Shown one piece after another: positions 39,875 to 49,965 of a stretch of DNA of 64,000 nucleotides. The position numbers were made by a program, and so were the translations under genes. The notes under the pieces were generated by a model. The model saw nothing but the letters and a program-made list of their open reading frames with translations, was not told the DNA's origin and ran no database searches. Position 1 is the first letter of the stretch, and each line of letters starts with the position of its first letter. Source of the DNA: Opitutus sp. GAS368 (GTDB lineage Bacteria > Verrucomicrobiota > Verrucomicrobiia > Opitutales > Opitutaceae); assembly GCA_945861645.1 (NCBI GenBank), contig CAMAVZ010000002.1, positions 32,001-96,000 of the forward strand. Reading direction: 5' to 3'.

Positions 39875-40636
39875 ATGAGCCTACTCGAAATCAAAAACCT
39901 GCACATCAGCATCGGGGATAAAGCCATTGTTAAAGGCTTTAATCTGACCATTAAGCCGGGCGAAGTGCATGCCATTATGGGGCCCAATGGCACGGGCAAA
40001 AGCACCCTCGCCAAGGCGATCGCCGGCCACCCGAGCTACACCATCACGGAGGGCGATGTGCTCCTCGGCGGTAAGTCGATCTTGGCGATGCAGCCCGACG
40101 AACGTGCGCGCAGCGGCTTATTCCTCGCCTTCCAATATCCGAGCGAAATCCCCGGCGTCTCCATCGCCAATTTTCTACGCGCCGCCGTGCAAGCCCGCAT
40201 GGCTGAAGGCGAAGAGCTCGATGCCTCCGGCTATTACAAGAAACTCTACAACAGAATGGACCTGCTGAAGATCGACCGGAAATTCACCTCGCGGGCCGTC
40301 AATGATGGCTTCTCCGGCGGCGAGAAAAAGCGCTGCGAAATCCTCCAAATGGCCATGCTCGAGCCGCACTTTGCGCTCATGGATGAAACCGACTCGGGTC
40401 TCGATATCGATGCCCTGCGCATTGTGGCCGACGGCGTCAATACGCTCCGCAGCGGCCCGCTTGGCATCTTGCTCATCACGCACTACCAGCGCCTGCTTGA
40501 CTACATCGTGCCCGATTTTGTGCACGTCATGTACGACGGCCGCATCGTTAAGAGCGGCAACAAATCCCTCGCCCTGGAACTCGAGGCCAAGGGCTATGAT
40601 TGGGTCAAACAGGAATTCGCCGCCGCGAATGCCTAA
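39875..40636 (+). CDS. sufC: Fe-S assembly ATPase SufC
   Basis: [47 protein letters not shown]. Confidence 0.97.
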   Translation: MSLLEIKNLHISIGDKAIVKGFNLTIKPGEVHAIMGPNGTGKSTLAKAIAGHPSYTITEGDVLLGGKSILAMQPDERARSGLFLAFQYPSEIPGVSIANFLRAAVQARMAEGEELDASGYYKKLYNRMDLLKIDRKFTSRAVNDGFSGGEKKRCEILQMAMLEPHFALMDETDSGLDIDALRIVADGVNTLRSGPLGILLITHYQRLLDYIVPDFVHVMYDGRIVKSGNKSLALELEAKGYDWVKQEFAAANA

Positions 40637-40686
40637 ATTTAATTCACGCCGCTCTGCGTTGCGCCACGTCGCCTCCCTTTTTTCCC

Positions 40687-42126
40687 ATGAAACCAATCAC
40701 TGAAATCGACGGCGCGCCCGCCTCCACCAGCCCCGTCGTCGGCATCGATCAAACCGCTGGCAACTTTAGCTACAAGGTCGACTACGCCTTCGACGCCGGC
40801 ACCGGCCTGAGCGAAGACACCGTCCGCTACATCAGCTCCGTCAAAAAAGAAGCGCCGTGGATTCTGGAATTCCGCCTCAAGGCCCTCAAAACCTTTTGGG
40901 ATAAACCCATGCCCACCCATTGGGCGACCAAGGATCTGGAGAATATCGATTTTCAAAAAATTCGCTACTATCTCTCGCAAGGTCAAAAGCCCAAACGCAC
41001 CTGGGACGAAGTGCCCGACGACATCAAGAAAACCTTCGAGCGCCTCGGCATCCCCGAGCAGGAGCGGAAATTTCTAGCGGGTGTCGAAGCGCAATTTGAT
41101 TCCGAGGCCGCTTACTCCAACATCAAAGACATCGTCGCCAAACAGGGCGTCATCTTTGTTAATTCCACTGAGGGTCTCCGCGAACATCCGGAGATTTTTA
41201 AGAAATTCTTCGGCAAAGTTATTCCTACGGGCGATAATAAATTCTCCGCCTTGAACAGCGCGGTGTTCTCCGGTGGTTCCTTCATCTACGTGCCGCCCGG
41301 CGTTAAAGTCGCCCAGCCGCTGCAAGCTTACTTCCGCATTAACGCCGAAAATTTTGGCCAATTCGAGCGCACGCTTATCATCGCGGATGAAGGCGCTGAA
41401 GTGGTTTATATGGAGGGCTGCACCGCACCCAAATTCTCCACGTCCACTCTGCACAGCGCCGTGGTAGAACTCGTCGCGCTCAAGGGCGCGAAAATCCAAT
41501 ACATCACCGTCCAGAATTGGGCTAATAATGTTTTCAATTTGGTCACCAAACGGGGCGTCGCCTACGAGGATGCTGAAATTAAATGGATCGACTGCAATAT
41601 TGGTAGTCGGCTCACGATGAAATACCCCGGCGTGGTCCTAAAGGGCGAACGGGCCCGCGGCGAAGTCCTCTCCATCGCTCTCGCCAACGATGGCCAACAT
41701 CAGGACACCGGCGCCAAAATGGTCCACGCGGCCAACAACACGACGTCGAACATCATCGCCAAATCTATCTCGGTCGGCCAAGGCCGCTCCACTTACCGCG
41801 GCGTAGTGCATATTCCTAAGCACCTCAAAGGCTGCAAAAATAACACCGAGTGTGATGCGCTGCTGATTAATACCAATAGCCGGACCGACACTTATCCCGC
41901 CATCTCGGTGCGCGGCGATCGCAACGCCACGCAGCATGAGGCGAGCGTTTCGAAGGTCAGCGAAGATATGATCTTCTACATGCAATCGCGCGGCCTGACA
42001 GAGGCCCAGGCCATGAGCCTAGCGGTCAATGGTTTCATCAATGACCTCGCCCGCCAATTCCCGATGGAATATTCCGTCGAACTCAAACGCCTCATCGACC
42101 TCGAAATGGAAGGCTCCGTCGGTTAA
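40687..42126 (+). CDS. sufB: Fe-S assembly protein SufB
   Basis: [54 protein letters not shown]; start moved to 40687. Confidence 0.97.
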   Translation: MKPITEIDGAPASTSPVVGIDQTAGNFSYKVDYAFDAGTGLSEDTVRYISSVKKEAPWILEFRLKALKTFWDKPMPTHWATKDLENIDFQKIRYYLSQGQKPKRTWDEVPDDIKKTFERLGIPEQERKFLAGVEAQFDSEAAYSNIKDIVAKQGVIFVNSTEGLREHPEIFKKFFGKVIPTGDNKFSALNSAVFSGGSFIYVPPGVKVAQPLQAYFRINAENFGQFERTLIIADEGAEVVYMEGCTAPKFSTSTLHSAVVELVALKGAKIQYITVQNWANNVFNLVTKRGVAYEDAEIKWIDCNIGSRLTMKYPGVVLKGERARGEVLSIALANDGQHQDTGAKMVHAANNTTSNIIAKSISVGQGRSTYRGVVHIPKHLKGCKNNTECDALLINTNSRTDTYPAISVRGDRNATQHEASVSKVSEDMIFYMQSRGLTEAQAMSLAVNGFINDLARQFPMEYSVELKRLIDLEMEGSVG

Positions 42127-42207
42127 CTATTCCGACGAGGAGGAGCCGCTTTACGCCGCCACGATTTTAAGCGCGGCCTAAACCGTCCCCGACCACCAGA
42201 CAATCCC

Positions 42208-43530
42208 ATGGCCTCTCTCACCTCTCTTTCTGCTACTACCGTCGGTGCCTTCACCGCCGAAGTTTTTGCCGCACATCTGGCACGCGTTCAACACCTGCCC
42301 GCTTGGTGGCTGGACCGTAAACGCGCAGCCTACGCCCGCTTTGCCGCTCTGCCGTTGCCTAAGCGCACGGATGAGGGCTGGCGCTTCTCTCATTTAAGCG
42401 GCCTCTCCCTTGATGGTTATAAATTGGCTGAGCCAATCAATCATCAACAAGTCACTAACCAAGACCTCGGGGCCCCCGGCGCCGGCACTCTGCTGCTCGC
42501 CAATCACCAACTTGTCTACGCGGAACCGCTCGCCGCAAAATTCGCCGAGCAGGGAGTCATCTTTACCACGCTCCAAGAAGCTTTGCTCAAACACAGCGAT
42601 CTCGTGCGGCCGCACCTCCTCGCCCAACCTTCCAAATTAGGGTCCGAAAAATTTGTCGCCCTCCACGAGGCCTTCTTGGAAAACGGCGCCTTCATCTACG
42701 TGCCCCGCAACGTGACAGTCGACCTACCCTTGGGCGTGTTCCACTATGCCTCCGGCACCGGCACGGCACTTTTCCCTCATACCTTGGTCGTCGCGGAGGA
42801 AAATGCGCAGGTCACGATCGCGGACTTCTTTCGCTCCTCGACTGGCGCCGGGGCCCAATTTGCCTGCGGGGGCAATGATCTCTACGCGGGCCACGGCGCC
42901 CAAGTCACTTACCTCGCGATGCAAGATTGGAGCCGCGAAACTTTGTCGTTTCAATTTAACGCCACGGTGGCGCGCCGCGACACTCGCGTACTTTCAATCA
43001 ATCTTCACGCCGGGGCGCGCCAAGCCCGTCACGAAAGTTTTTCCCAACTCCAAGCCCCCGGGGCCCATTCCGAGATGCTCGCCCTAACGATTGCGCACGG
43101 CACGCAGGAATTTGATCAACGCACCCTGCAGATTCATCAAGCGCCCAACACCAGCTCCAACCTGCTGTATAAAAATGCGCTGCTCGACCAAGCGAAGACC
43201 ATCTTTTCCGGCCTCATCGTCGTTGATCCTGACGCCCAAAAAACGGACGCCTACCAGAGCAACCGCAACTTAATGCTCAGTGATGAAGCGGAAGCTAATT
43301 CACTCCCCGGCCTCGAAATTCAGGCGAACGACGTGCGCTGCACGCACGGCGCCACTTCGGCTCGCATCGATGCTGAACAAGAATTTTACCTCGAGTCCCG
43401 TGGCATCAATCCTACCTCGGCGCAGGAACTCTTGGTGTTCGGCTTTTTCGAAGAAGTACTAGGCAAAATAGCAAATCCCCAACTCCACGACTCGCTCGCC
43501 GAGATCATTCGTGAGAAATTTAAGGCCTAA
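42208..43530 (+). CDS. sufD: Fe-S assembly protein SufD
   Basis: AQKTDAYQ, PGLEIQANDVRCTHGAT, FYLESRGI. Confidence 0.93.
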   Translation: MASLTSLSATTVGAFTAEVFAAHLARVQHLPAWWLDRKRAAYARFAALPLPKRTDEGWRFSHLSGLSLDGYKLAEPINHQQVTNQDLGAPGAGTLLLANHQLVYAEPLAAKFAEQGVIFTTLQEALLKHSDLVRPHLLAQPSKLGSEKFVALHEAFLENGAFIYVPRNVTVDLPLGVFHYASGTGTALFPHTLVVAEENAQVTIADFFRSSTGAGAQFACGGNDLYAGHGAQVTYLAMQDWSRETLSFQFNATVARRDTRVLSINLHAGARQARHESFSQLQAPGAHSEMLALTIAHGTQEFDQRTLQIHQAPNTSSNLLYKNALLDQAKTIFSGLIVVDPDAQKTDAYQSNRNLMLSDEAEANSLPGLEIQANDVRCTHGATSARIDAEQEFYLESRGINPTSAQELLVFGFFEEVLGKIANPQLHDSLAEIIREKFKA

Positions 43531-43561
43531 GCTTTAGCGCAGTAACAATTTTAATTTCCCC

Positions 43562-44110
43562 ATGACCGATAAACGCGACCGCATCCTCTCTCGAGAAATC
43601 ACCGTCACGCAAATCCCCAGCGGCGATAAGCACACGCTGTTTAGCGGTGATACGGTGTTCATTCATCAAGTCCTCGGCGGTAGCTTTACGGTACAAACCT
43701 CAACCGGACTTTTTCGAATCGAGGCTAAAGACGCCGATGCCATTGGCGAAACCGTCGCGGTGCAGACCGTCACCGCCGCTACGCTGGCCGATGGGGCGCC
43801 TGATCCGGCCGCTATCTGGGACCAACTGCGCAAAGTCTTTGATCCAGAGATTCCCGTTAACATCGTCGACCTCGGCCTTGTCTACACCATGGATGTGGCC
43901 CAAACACCCGAAGGCGGCTTTCAGGTGGACGTTGCCATGACTCTCACCGCCCCGGGTTGCGGAATGGGGCCAGCCATTGCGGAAGACGCTAAAGGAAAAA
44001 TTCTGCTCGTGCCTGGCGTTAGTGCTGCCGACGTCCGCATCACCTGGGAGCCAGCGTGGAATCAATCGATGATTTCAGAAGAAGGGAAAATGAAGCTCGG
44101 GCTGATCTAG
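43562..44110 (+). CDS. sufT: Fe-S assembly protein SufT (DUF59)
   Basis: DPEIPVNIVDLGLVY, MTLTAPGCGMG; N-terminal QVLGGSFTV extension. Confidence 0.9.
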   Translation: MTDKRDRILSREITVTQIPSGDKHTLFSGDTVFIHQVLGGSFTVQTSTGLFRIEAKDADAIGETVAVQTVTAATLADGAPDPAAIWDQLRKVFDPEIPVNIVDLGLVYTMDVAQTPEGGFQVDVAMTLTAPGCGMGPAIAEDAKGKILLVPGVSAADVRITWEPAWNQSMISEEGKMKLGLI

Positions 44111-44227
44111 GGCAGGTAACGCAACCCAGCGGAAGGCCGGATCGGATTTCAGTTGGCAGGCGTTCCTTTTGAACTCAGGCAGGTGCGGCTCAATCGTTTC
44201 GATTAAGAGACGCTTAACTTTCCGTCT

Positions 44228-44893
44228 ATGGATCCTCTTCCGTCCACCACCCCTGATTTCTGGAACTCACGTTATCTGAGTAACCAGACGCCGTGGGATT
44301 TTGGCGGCGTGCCGGCTGATTTAAAGGCCTACCTTAAAACCCACCCACAGGGCGGCCGCGTGCTCATTCCAGGCTGCGGCTCAGGTTATGAAATCAAAGC
44401 CTTTATCGAGGCTGGTTACACCGTCACCGCCCTCGATCTTTCTCCGGTGGCCGTTGCTCGCGCACGGCAGTTGGTCGGCCCGGATTCTGCACCTAATATC
44501 TTCGCCAGTGATTTCTTTCAGCACGACTTTGGGTCCACCCAATTTGATGTCGTCTATGAGCGGACTTTTATCTGCGCCTTATTACCAGAACAACGGAACG
44601 CTTATCGCGACCGCATCGCGGCCTTGTTGAAATATCGCGGCGCCTTGCTCGGTTATTTTTATTATCAGACCCCTGATCTCCAAGCGGGCCCACCCTTTGG
44701 CTTTGCTTGGGGTACGGCCGATGAATTATTTGCCCGCTATTTTCTACTGGTGAAGGACATTCCGGTGGCTGATTCGCTGCCTCTTTTTGCGGGTCATGAA
44801 CACTGGCAGGAATGGCACCGCACATCGTTCGGGGCGACCCCCACGAGTAGTTTAAAAGAGCGAGAGCGAGTCCCGCTACATTCGTCTATTTAG
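44228..44893 (+). CDS. SAM-dependent thiopurine/thiol (halide) methyltransferase family
   Basis: FW..RY...TPWD, LIPGCGSG, YERTFICAL, GPPF. Confidence 0.8.
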   Translation: MDPLPSTTPDFWNSRYLSNQTPWDFGGVPADLKAYLKTHPQGGRVLIPGCGSGYEIKAFIEAGYTVTALDLSPVAVARARQLVGPDSAPNIFASDFFQHDFGSTQFDVVYERTFICALLPEQRNAYRDRIAALLKYRGALLGYFYYQTPDLQAGPPFGFAWGTADELFARYFLLVKDIPVADSLPLFAGHEHWQEWHRTSFGATPTSSLKERERVPLHSSI

Positions 44894-46571
44894 GGCGCAG
44901 CACGGGCGTGAAAGCCCAGCGACGCGCCGAAAATAAACCTTGGTCACTCATTTTAAGATCAGGAATAACCAAGAGCGCCATGAAGGACAATGTCATGAAC
45001 GGCGCATCAAGTTTGGAGCCGAGGCGCTTCGCCTGCTGATCGAGCTGCATGTAACGCCGAGCCACCGTGCGGCCATCGAGCCCCGACATCAGGCCGGCGA
45101 TCGGCAACGGTAAAACCGCCGACCCGCCACGCCCGACTACGCTGATTCCGCCCCGCGCTTTGAGCACGAGATTGATCGCCGCACACAAGGCCACATCGTC
45201 TACACCCACGGCGACTATATTGTGCGAATCGTGCGCCACGGAAGAAGCCAAGGCGCCTGCTTTAAGCCCAAAGCCATGAATAAAACCGAGAGCGATCGGA
45301 GCCTGGGCCGCGTAACGATTGACTACGGCAATTTTGAGGATGTCGCGCTTCAGATCAGTCACCACCGCGCCATTGATGATCGAGGGAATTTCGCGCCGGT
45401 GCCGCGTGATGAGTTGCCCATTAATCGCCTCAATCACCTGCAAAGCGGGACGAGTTGTGGCTTTAACCGGTGACCCAGGCGGCACCTCGCGTACGGCCGG
45501 CAGCACGAAATCGGCTGGTTTTCTCGCCGTCGCTTTAAATTTATTGGGCTGGGGCGAAGGCTGCCTTGGCAAGCGACTGCGCCCCTCGCTCGCCACTAAT
45601 TCGCCGCGCAAATAGGTGCGCCGCACCCGAAAGTTCTTCCAGCCCGTGAAAACAATAAAGTCAGCCGCCTCACCCACTCGCAGCAACCCCACCTCCAGCC
45701 CATAGTGTTCGACCGGATTAACCGAGGCTGCGCGGAGGACATCAAAGCGATCCGCGCCGGACTGCAAAGCCCGCCGCACATGCTCACCCAGATGGCGCTG
45801 CATCAACAAGTCAGGATGCAGATCGTCACAACAGAACATCACGTGCTCTGGATGGGTCTTCAGCAACGAGATGAGCGCCGACAAATTGCGCGCCGCTGAG
45901 CCTTCCCGAATTAAAATCTTCATGCCCGCCGCTAATTTATCCAACGCCTCCGGGAGCGTAAAACATTCATGCTCCGTCGTAATTCCCGCACCCGCATAAC
46001 TTGCGGCAATTTTACCGCGCAACCCTGGCGCGTGCCCATCGATTTTTTTACCCCGGCGTTGAGCGGCCGCTATCATCGCCATCAGCGCAGGATCGCGCGC
46101 CAGTACCCCGGGGAAATTCATGACCTCACTGAGAAATTTAATTTCTCGCCGCGCTAGTAATCGGGTCACTGCGGTGACGCCCAACCGCGCTCCGGCGGTC
46201 TCAAAAGTTGTCGCGGGCACACACGAGGGCGCGCCAAAATTAAATTTAAACGGCGTCCGCGCCCCATCGCGAATCATGTAATTGACCCCGGCCACTCCTA
46301 AAACATTAGCAATTTCATGGGGATCAGAAACGGTGGCCACCGTGCCATGGCACACGGCCCAGCGCGCAAATTCTGCCGGCGGCAAGAGCGAGCTCTCGAT
46401 ATGAATATGCGCATCAACTAATCCGGGCGCGAGGTAATGCGCGTAGCTTTTCCCCGGCTCGGCCTGCAGCCGCACAATGCGCCCGTCAGCCCACTCCACG
46501 GTGCCCGGATAAATGCGCCGCGCGTGCAAATCGACGATATTGCCTGAGAGGCGTTGCCTGCGATTTTTCAC
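44886..46571 (-). CDS. ade: Adenine deaminase
   Basis: DAHIHIESS, DPHEIANV, APSCVPAT, EVMNFPG, DGHAP, REGSAA, SVAHDSHN, LLVIPDLK. Confidence 0.95.
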   Translation of the reverse strand: MKNRRQRLSGNIVDLHARRIYPGTVEWADGRIVRLQAEPGKSYAHYLAPGLVDAHIHIESSLLPPAEFARWAVCHGTVATVSDPHEIANVLGVAGVNYMIRDGARTPFKFNFGAPSCVPATTFETAGARLGVTAVTRLLARREIKFLSEVMNFPGVLARDPALMAMIAAAQRRGKKIDGHAPGLRGKIAASYAGAGITTEHECFTLPEALDKLAAGMKILIREGSAARNLSALISLLKTHPEHVMFCCDDLHPDLLMQRHLGEHVRRALQSGADRFDVLRAASVNPVEHYGLEVGLLRVGEAADFIVFTGWKNFRVRRTYLRGELVASEGRSRLPRQPSPQPNKFKATARKPADFVLPAVREVPPGSPVKATTRPALQVIEAINGQLITRHRREIPSIINGAVVTDLKRDILKIAVVNRYAAQAPIALGFIHGFGLKAGALASSVAHDSHNIVAVGVDDVALCAAINLVLKARGGISVVGRGGSAVLPLPIAGLMSGLDGRTVARRYMQLDQQAKRLGSKLDAPFMTLSFMALLVIPDLKMSDQGLFSARRWAFTPVLRPK

Positions 46572-46664
46572 CAGAATCAGCCTGTCCCACCCACTCCCCC
46601 GTTGGCAACCTTAGTGCACAAAAACTACTCGCAAAACGGCCACAGCGGTGCACGTTTCGAGTCC

Positions 46665-47309
46665 ATGTCTGCCTATAAGCCTACCCGCGATTACCAGAAC
46701 CCCATTGTGCCTCGCTGCGATGACGATGATGAGGACGAGGATGCCGTTAAAACGACGCCCACCCCCGTGGGCGCCATGATCCAAAAGAAATTCCTGGAAC
46801 AGCGAAAAATTTTCCTGTGGGGCGCCGTCACTGATGCGACCGCGAAAGATCTCACGGAAAAGCTGCTTTATCTTGAGACTACAGGGCCGGGTAAGGATAT
46901 TACTTTTTATATGAACACCCCCGGTGGCTCGATCACCGCGGGGATGGCCGTGTACGACACGATTAAGCTCATCACTTCTCCCGTTACCATCGTGGTTACG
47001 GGCATGGCCGCTTCCATGGGGTCCATTCTCCTCAGCGCCGCCAAAAAGGGCCGACGCCTGATTTATCCGCACGCGCGCGTGCTGATCCACCAACCGCTGA
47101 TCACCGGCCGGATGGTCGGCCCCGCCTCTGATATTAATATCCAAGCACAGGAAATGGAAAAACTGCGCAACGAGTTGAATCAAATTCTAGCCACCGCTTC
47201 GGGCCAATCATTTGCCAAAGTCGCCAAAGATTCGGACCGCGATTTTTATCTGAATGCCGAAGAGGCCATCGCCTATGGCCTAGCGGATAAGATCGTAGAT
47301 AAAGTGTGA
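46665..47309 (+). CDS. clpP: ATP-dependent Clp protease proteolytic subunit
   Basis: MNTPGGSITAG, AASMG, HQP, DRDFYL; start moved to 46665. Confidence 0.93.
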   Translation: MSAYKPTRDYQNPIVPRCDDDDEDEDAVKTTPTPVGAMIQKKFLEQRKIFLWGAVTDATAKDLTEKLLYLETTGPGKDITFYMNTPGGSITAGMAVYDTIKLITSPVTIVVTGMAASMGSILLSAAKKGRRLIYPHARVLIHQPLITGRMVGPASDINIQAQEMEKLRNELNQILATASGQSFAKVAKDSDRDFYLNAEEAIAYGLADKIVDKV

Positions 47310-47335
47310 CCCACCGCTTATCTCCTCGCACTCAA

Positions 47336-47359
47336 CCCGCCTTCCGGCGGGCTTTTTTT
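47336..47359 (+). terminator. Rho-independent terminator
   Basis: CCCGCC-ttcc-GGCGGG followed by a T7 run after clpP. Confidence 0.8.
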
Positions 47360-47369
47360 GGCTGGTATT

Positions 47370-47741
47370 TTAAGCGCGGCCCAAGCGAAAACCTGCCCAG
47401 ACCGCGATCAAGGATAGCCCGACGGAAAGCAGCACGTTCAGCAGCGCCCCAGCCCACTGCCCTTTCTGCATTTGCTCCAAAGTTTGCCAGCTGAAGGTAG
47501 AGAAAGTCGTGTAGCCGCCACAAAATCCCGCGATCAATAAGCTACGCAGGGATGCCGAGGTGGCGGTTTTCCCTGGACCCACGCGGGCCATTAACCAGCC
47601 GATCAACAACGACCCACTAACATTAATCACCAAGGTCGCCCAAGGAAAACGGGTGGTACAAGCCATCCCCACCAAGGCCCGCACCACTGAGCCTAAAGCG
47701 CCGCCCAGCGCCACCCAACAAAGCGTAACCAGCGTAGTCAT
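47370..47741 (-). CDS. crcB: Fluoride channel Fluc/CrcB
   Basis: GGALGSVVR, FPWATLVINVSGS, GFCGGYTTFSTF. Confidence 0.93.
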   Translation of the reverse strand: MTTLVTLCWVALGGALGSVVRALVGMACTTRFPWATLVINVSGSLLIGWLMARVGPGKTATSASLRSLLIAGFCGGYTTFSTFSWQTLEQMQKGQWAGALLNVLLSVGLSLIAVWAGFRLGRA

Positions 47742-48781
47742 GGCGTAGCTTGAGGGCGAGCGACGGAGCGTTTCAACAATTGGGCCCGCAAATAAACGTC
47801 CGGCCCAGCCTGTTGCCAGGCGGTTAGCCAAATACGGGCGAGCATGTCCCCGCCAACCAGCAAACGGGCCTCGATAAATTTCCTCGCCTCCGCATTCACC
47901 CCCGCCGCATCAATTTTTAACGCCCCTTTTTTCTCTAGAATATAGAGGGGTTCCACTAATTTTTGTTGGGTGACCACGTAAGTCATCACCGCGGAAAACA
48001 GAGGGTCTCGCCCGTCGACGCTCGCCGCCAGAACGAGCGGGGCGGCTGACTCTACGCGCGGCGCGAGATCGGCAAATTTAATACCAGCTCGGCCAATAAA
48101 ACCGCTATCGATCCAGCTATGTAAGCCCGACCACTTCGTGTAACCCTGAGGATTTTCTCCCACCCAACCATTGTGGTGCTTGGTGGTATGCAGCGGCTGC
48201 GCACAGTCCCCGACGAAATGCCCCATAACCCCCATGACATAAATAATGTCGGCCTGGGCATTAGCGATTTCTTCCGCGGTGCCGGCCTCGCGGAACGCGT
48301 TCCAATAAGAAAAGGCTGATTTTAATTTACCGTAATATTCGGCGATCGCCCACGGCGCGAAACCCGGCCATTCACGGGTTCGATCCGAATTTTTAGTCGG
48401 ATCAAGTGCCGGAAAATTTACCGGATGCGCCGCGCGGCCCGCGGCGAATTGCAGGGCAAATTCATAGCGCAGGGCCGACACCGTCGCGGGGGTCAGGCCC
48501 GCTTCCGTCAACTCCTCCAGATCGCAATAATGATCGACCCCATTAAAATGTTTAATCGGCAAATCGGCCGTGTTCCGCCAGCGATCAGGTTCCCCCGAGA
48601 GAAAAGCCACTCGCTCAGCATTGGCCGGCTCTCGGACAAACTGCGGAAAATCTAGCGGGAGTGCCGCCAGGGCCAGCTGATTGACGGTGCGGTGCCCCTC
48701 ATAATCCCAGGCGCGCGCGGCCACGGTCATCAACAGCGAAATGGATAGAGCGAGCCATGCGTAGCGATCAAATATTTTCAT
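47738..48781 (-). CDS. Exported S1/P1 nuclease / Zn-phospholipase C fold protein
   Basis: Signal peptide then W..EGH, PDRWR, GHFVGDCAQPLH, LHSWID. Confidence 0.8.
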   Translation of the reverse strand: MKIFDRYAWLALSISLLMTVAARAWDYEGHRTVNQLALAALPLDFPQFVREPANAERVAFLSGEPDRWRNTADLPIKHFNGVDHYCDLEELTEAGLTPATVSALRYEFALQFAAGRAAHPVNFPALDPTKNSDRTREWPGFAPWAIAEYYGKLKSAFSYWNAFREAGTAEEIANAQADIIYVMGVMGHFVGDCAQPLHTTKHHNGWVGENPQGYTKWSGLHSWIDSGFIGRAGIKFADLAPRVESAAPLVLAASVDGRDPLFSAVMTYVVTQQKLVEPLYILEKKGALKIDAAGVNAEARKFIEARLLVGGDMLARIWLTAWQQAGPDVYLRAQLLKRSVARPQATP

Positions 48782-48790
48782 AGGAAAAGA

Positions 48791-49951
48791 TTAAGATTTA
48801 GGGGAATTGGCCTGCGTCCGCAAGGCGGTGAGCGCACTCGCGTAATTATCTAAACCCGCCGCCAAAGCTTCCGCGATTTGCTGCCGAAAAACCGGAGTCG
48901 CCAGTCGCCGCGCCTCAGTCTCATTGGAAAGATAACCGCATTCCACCAGCACGCCGGGGCAATCGAGCATGCGCAAGACGGCGAGCCGACTCCGTTTATA
49001 ACCACGGTCAGGGGTTTTCAACGTCGCCCGCAGCGCCCGATGCATTTCCACTCCAAAAAGCAAATTGGCGTAATCAAATCGATTACTAGGATACGCCACT
49101 TTAGTCATTTCATCGCCGAGCTCGTCGCCCGTAGATCGCATCGACTGCGGCGCCATGACGTAGGTTTCGATGCCAGTAATATTATCTGGGGCGGAATTAA
49201 AGTGAATGCTCAGAAAAACATCCGCCTTTTGCCGATTAGCGTATTCGTTGCGCATCAGCAGGTCGGTTTTTTTATCCTTCGAAAGCTCCCGATCTTCGGT
49301 GCGGGTTAGCAAAACCCGCCACCCGCGGGCCTCGAGTAGCGGCTTCAACCGCAACGCGACCTCGAGGGTTAAAGTTTTTTCATTCAAACTCAGTCGCTTA
49401 TTTTCCGCGCCGGGATCAATCCCGCCATGGCCGGGGTCGAGGACAATGAGCTTGGGCGCCGTCTGGGGCAAAAAAGCGAAGTGAGCGGCCGGCCGCAAAA
49501 GGGGCGCCACTATTTTAATCGCATCGAGTAAACTGATCCACAGGCCATCCTTATAATGCAATACCGGCGCGCCTAAAAAGATGCGCAGATTATCAAAATA
49601 GAAATCGTGCTGGTTGCCCTCAAAGGCCAAGCGAACTCCCCGCGCATCACCGAGGGTCATGGCCACTTCCGGCTTGGCCCCCGCCGCTTTTAGGGAAAAC
49701 CGTTGCGCCACTTCCCGTAGACTAACGTAGTCGGTGCCGCGTAATGAGGTCACGGCCCACAGCACGGGAGCTGGCGCCGGCCGTGAGGGGGCAACTTGCG
49801 CGGGAGCCGACTCGGTCCTAGCAGCTGGCGCCGCCGGCGCCACCGAGGCGGGCGCAAGTTTAGCGGTGGCCAAGGATTCTTGCGCTGAGGCGCACCCTAC
49901 GCTCAAGCCAATCAACCACGGCACTAGCCCGAAAGCGGGGAGCCGCGCCAT
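48791..49951 (-). CDS. N-acetylmuramoyl-L-alanine amidase (Amidase_3)
   Basis: LDPGHGG.DPGA, EK, FLSIHFN, VLVECGYLSN. Confidence 0.9.
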   Translation of the reverse strand: MARLPAFGLVPWLIGLSVGCASAQESLATAKLAPASVAPAAPAARTESAPAQVAPSRPAPAPVLWAVTSLRGTDYVSLREVAQRFSLKAAGAKPEVAMTLGDARGVRLAFEGNQHDFYFDNLRIFLGAPVLHYKDGLWISLLDAIKIVAPLLRPAAHFAFLPQTAPKLIVLDPGHGGIDPGAENKRLSLNEKTLTLEVALRLKPLLEARGWRVLLTRTEDRELSKDKKTDLLMRNEYANRQKADVFLSIHFNSAPDNITGIETYVMAPQSMRSTGDELGDEMTKVAYPSNRFDYANLLFGVEMHRALRATLKTPDRGYKRSRLAVLRMLDCPGVLVECGYLSNETEARRLATPVFRQQIAEALAAGLDNYASALTALRTQANSPKS

Positions 49952-49965
49952 AAACGCAAAGTGAA

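Noticed and set aside
15301-47741. A metal-resistance genomic island (ars, cus, chrA, crcB)
   Set aside because: The modules are interleaved with core genes (murA, ruvB, pyk, trxB, clpP), and no integrase, transposase or flanking direct repeats are visible.
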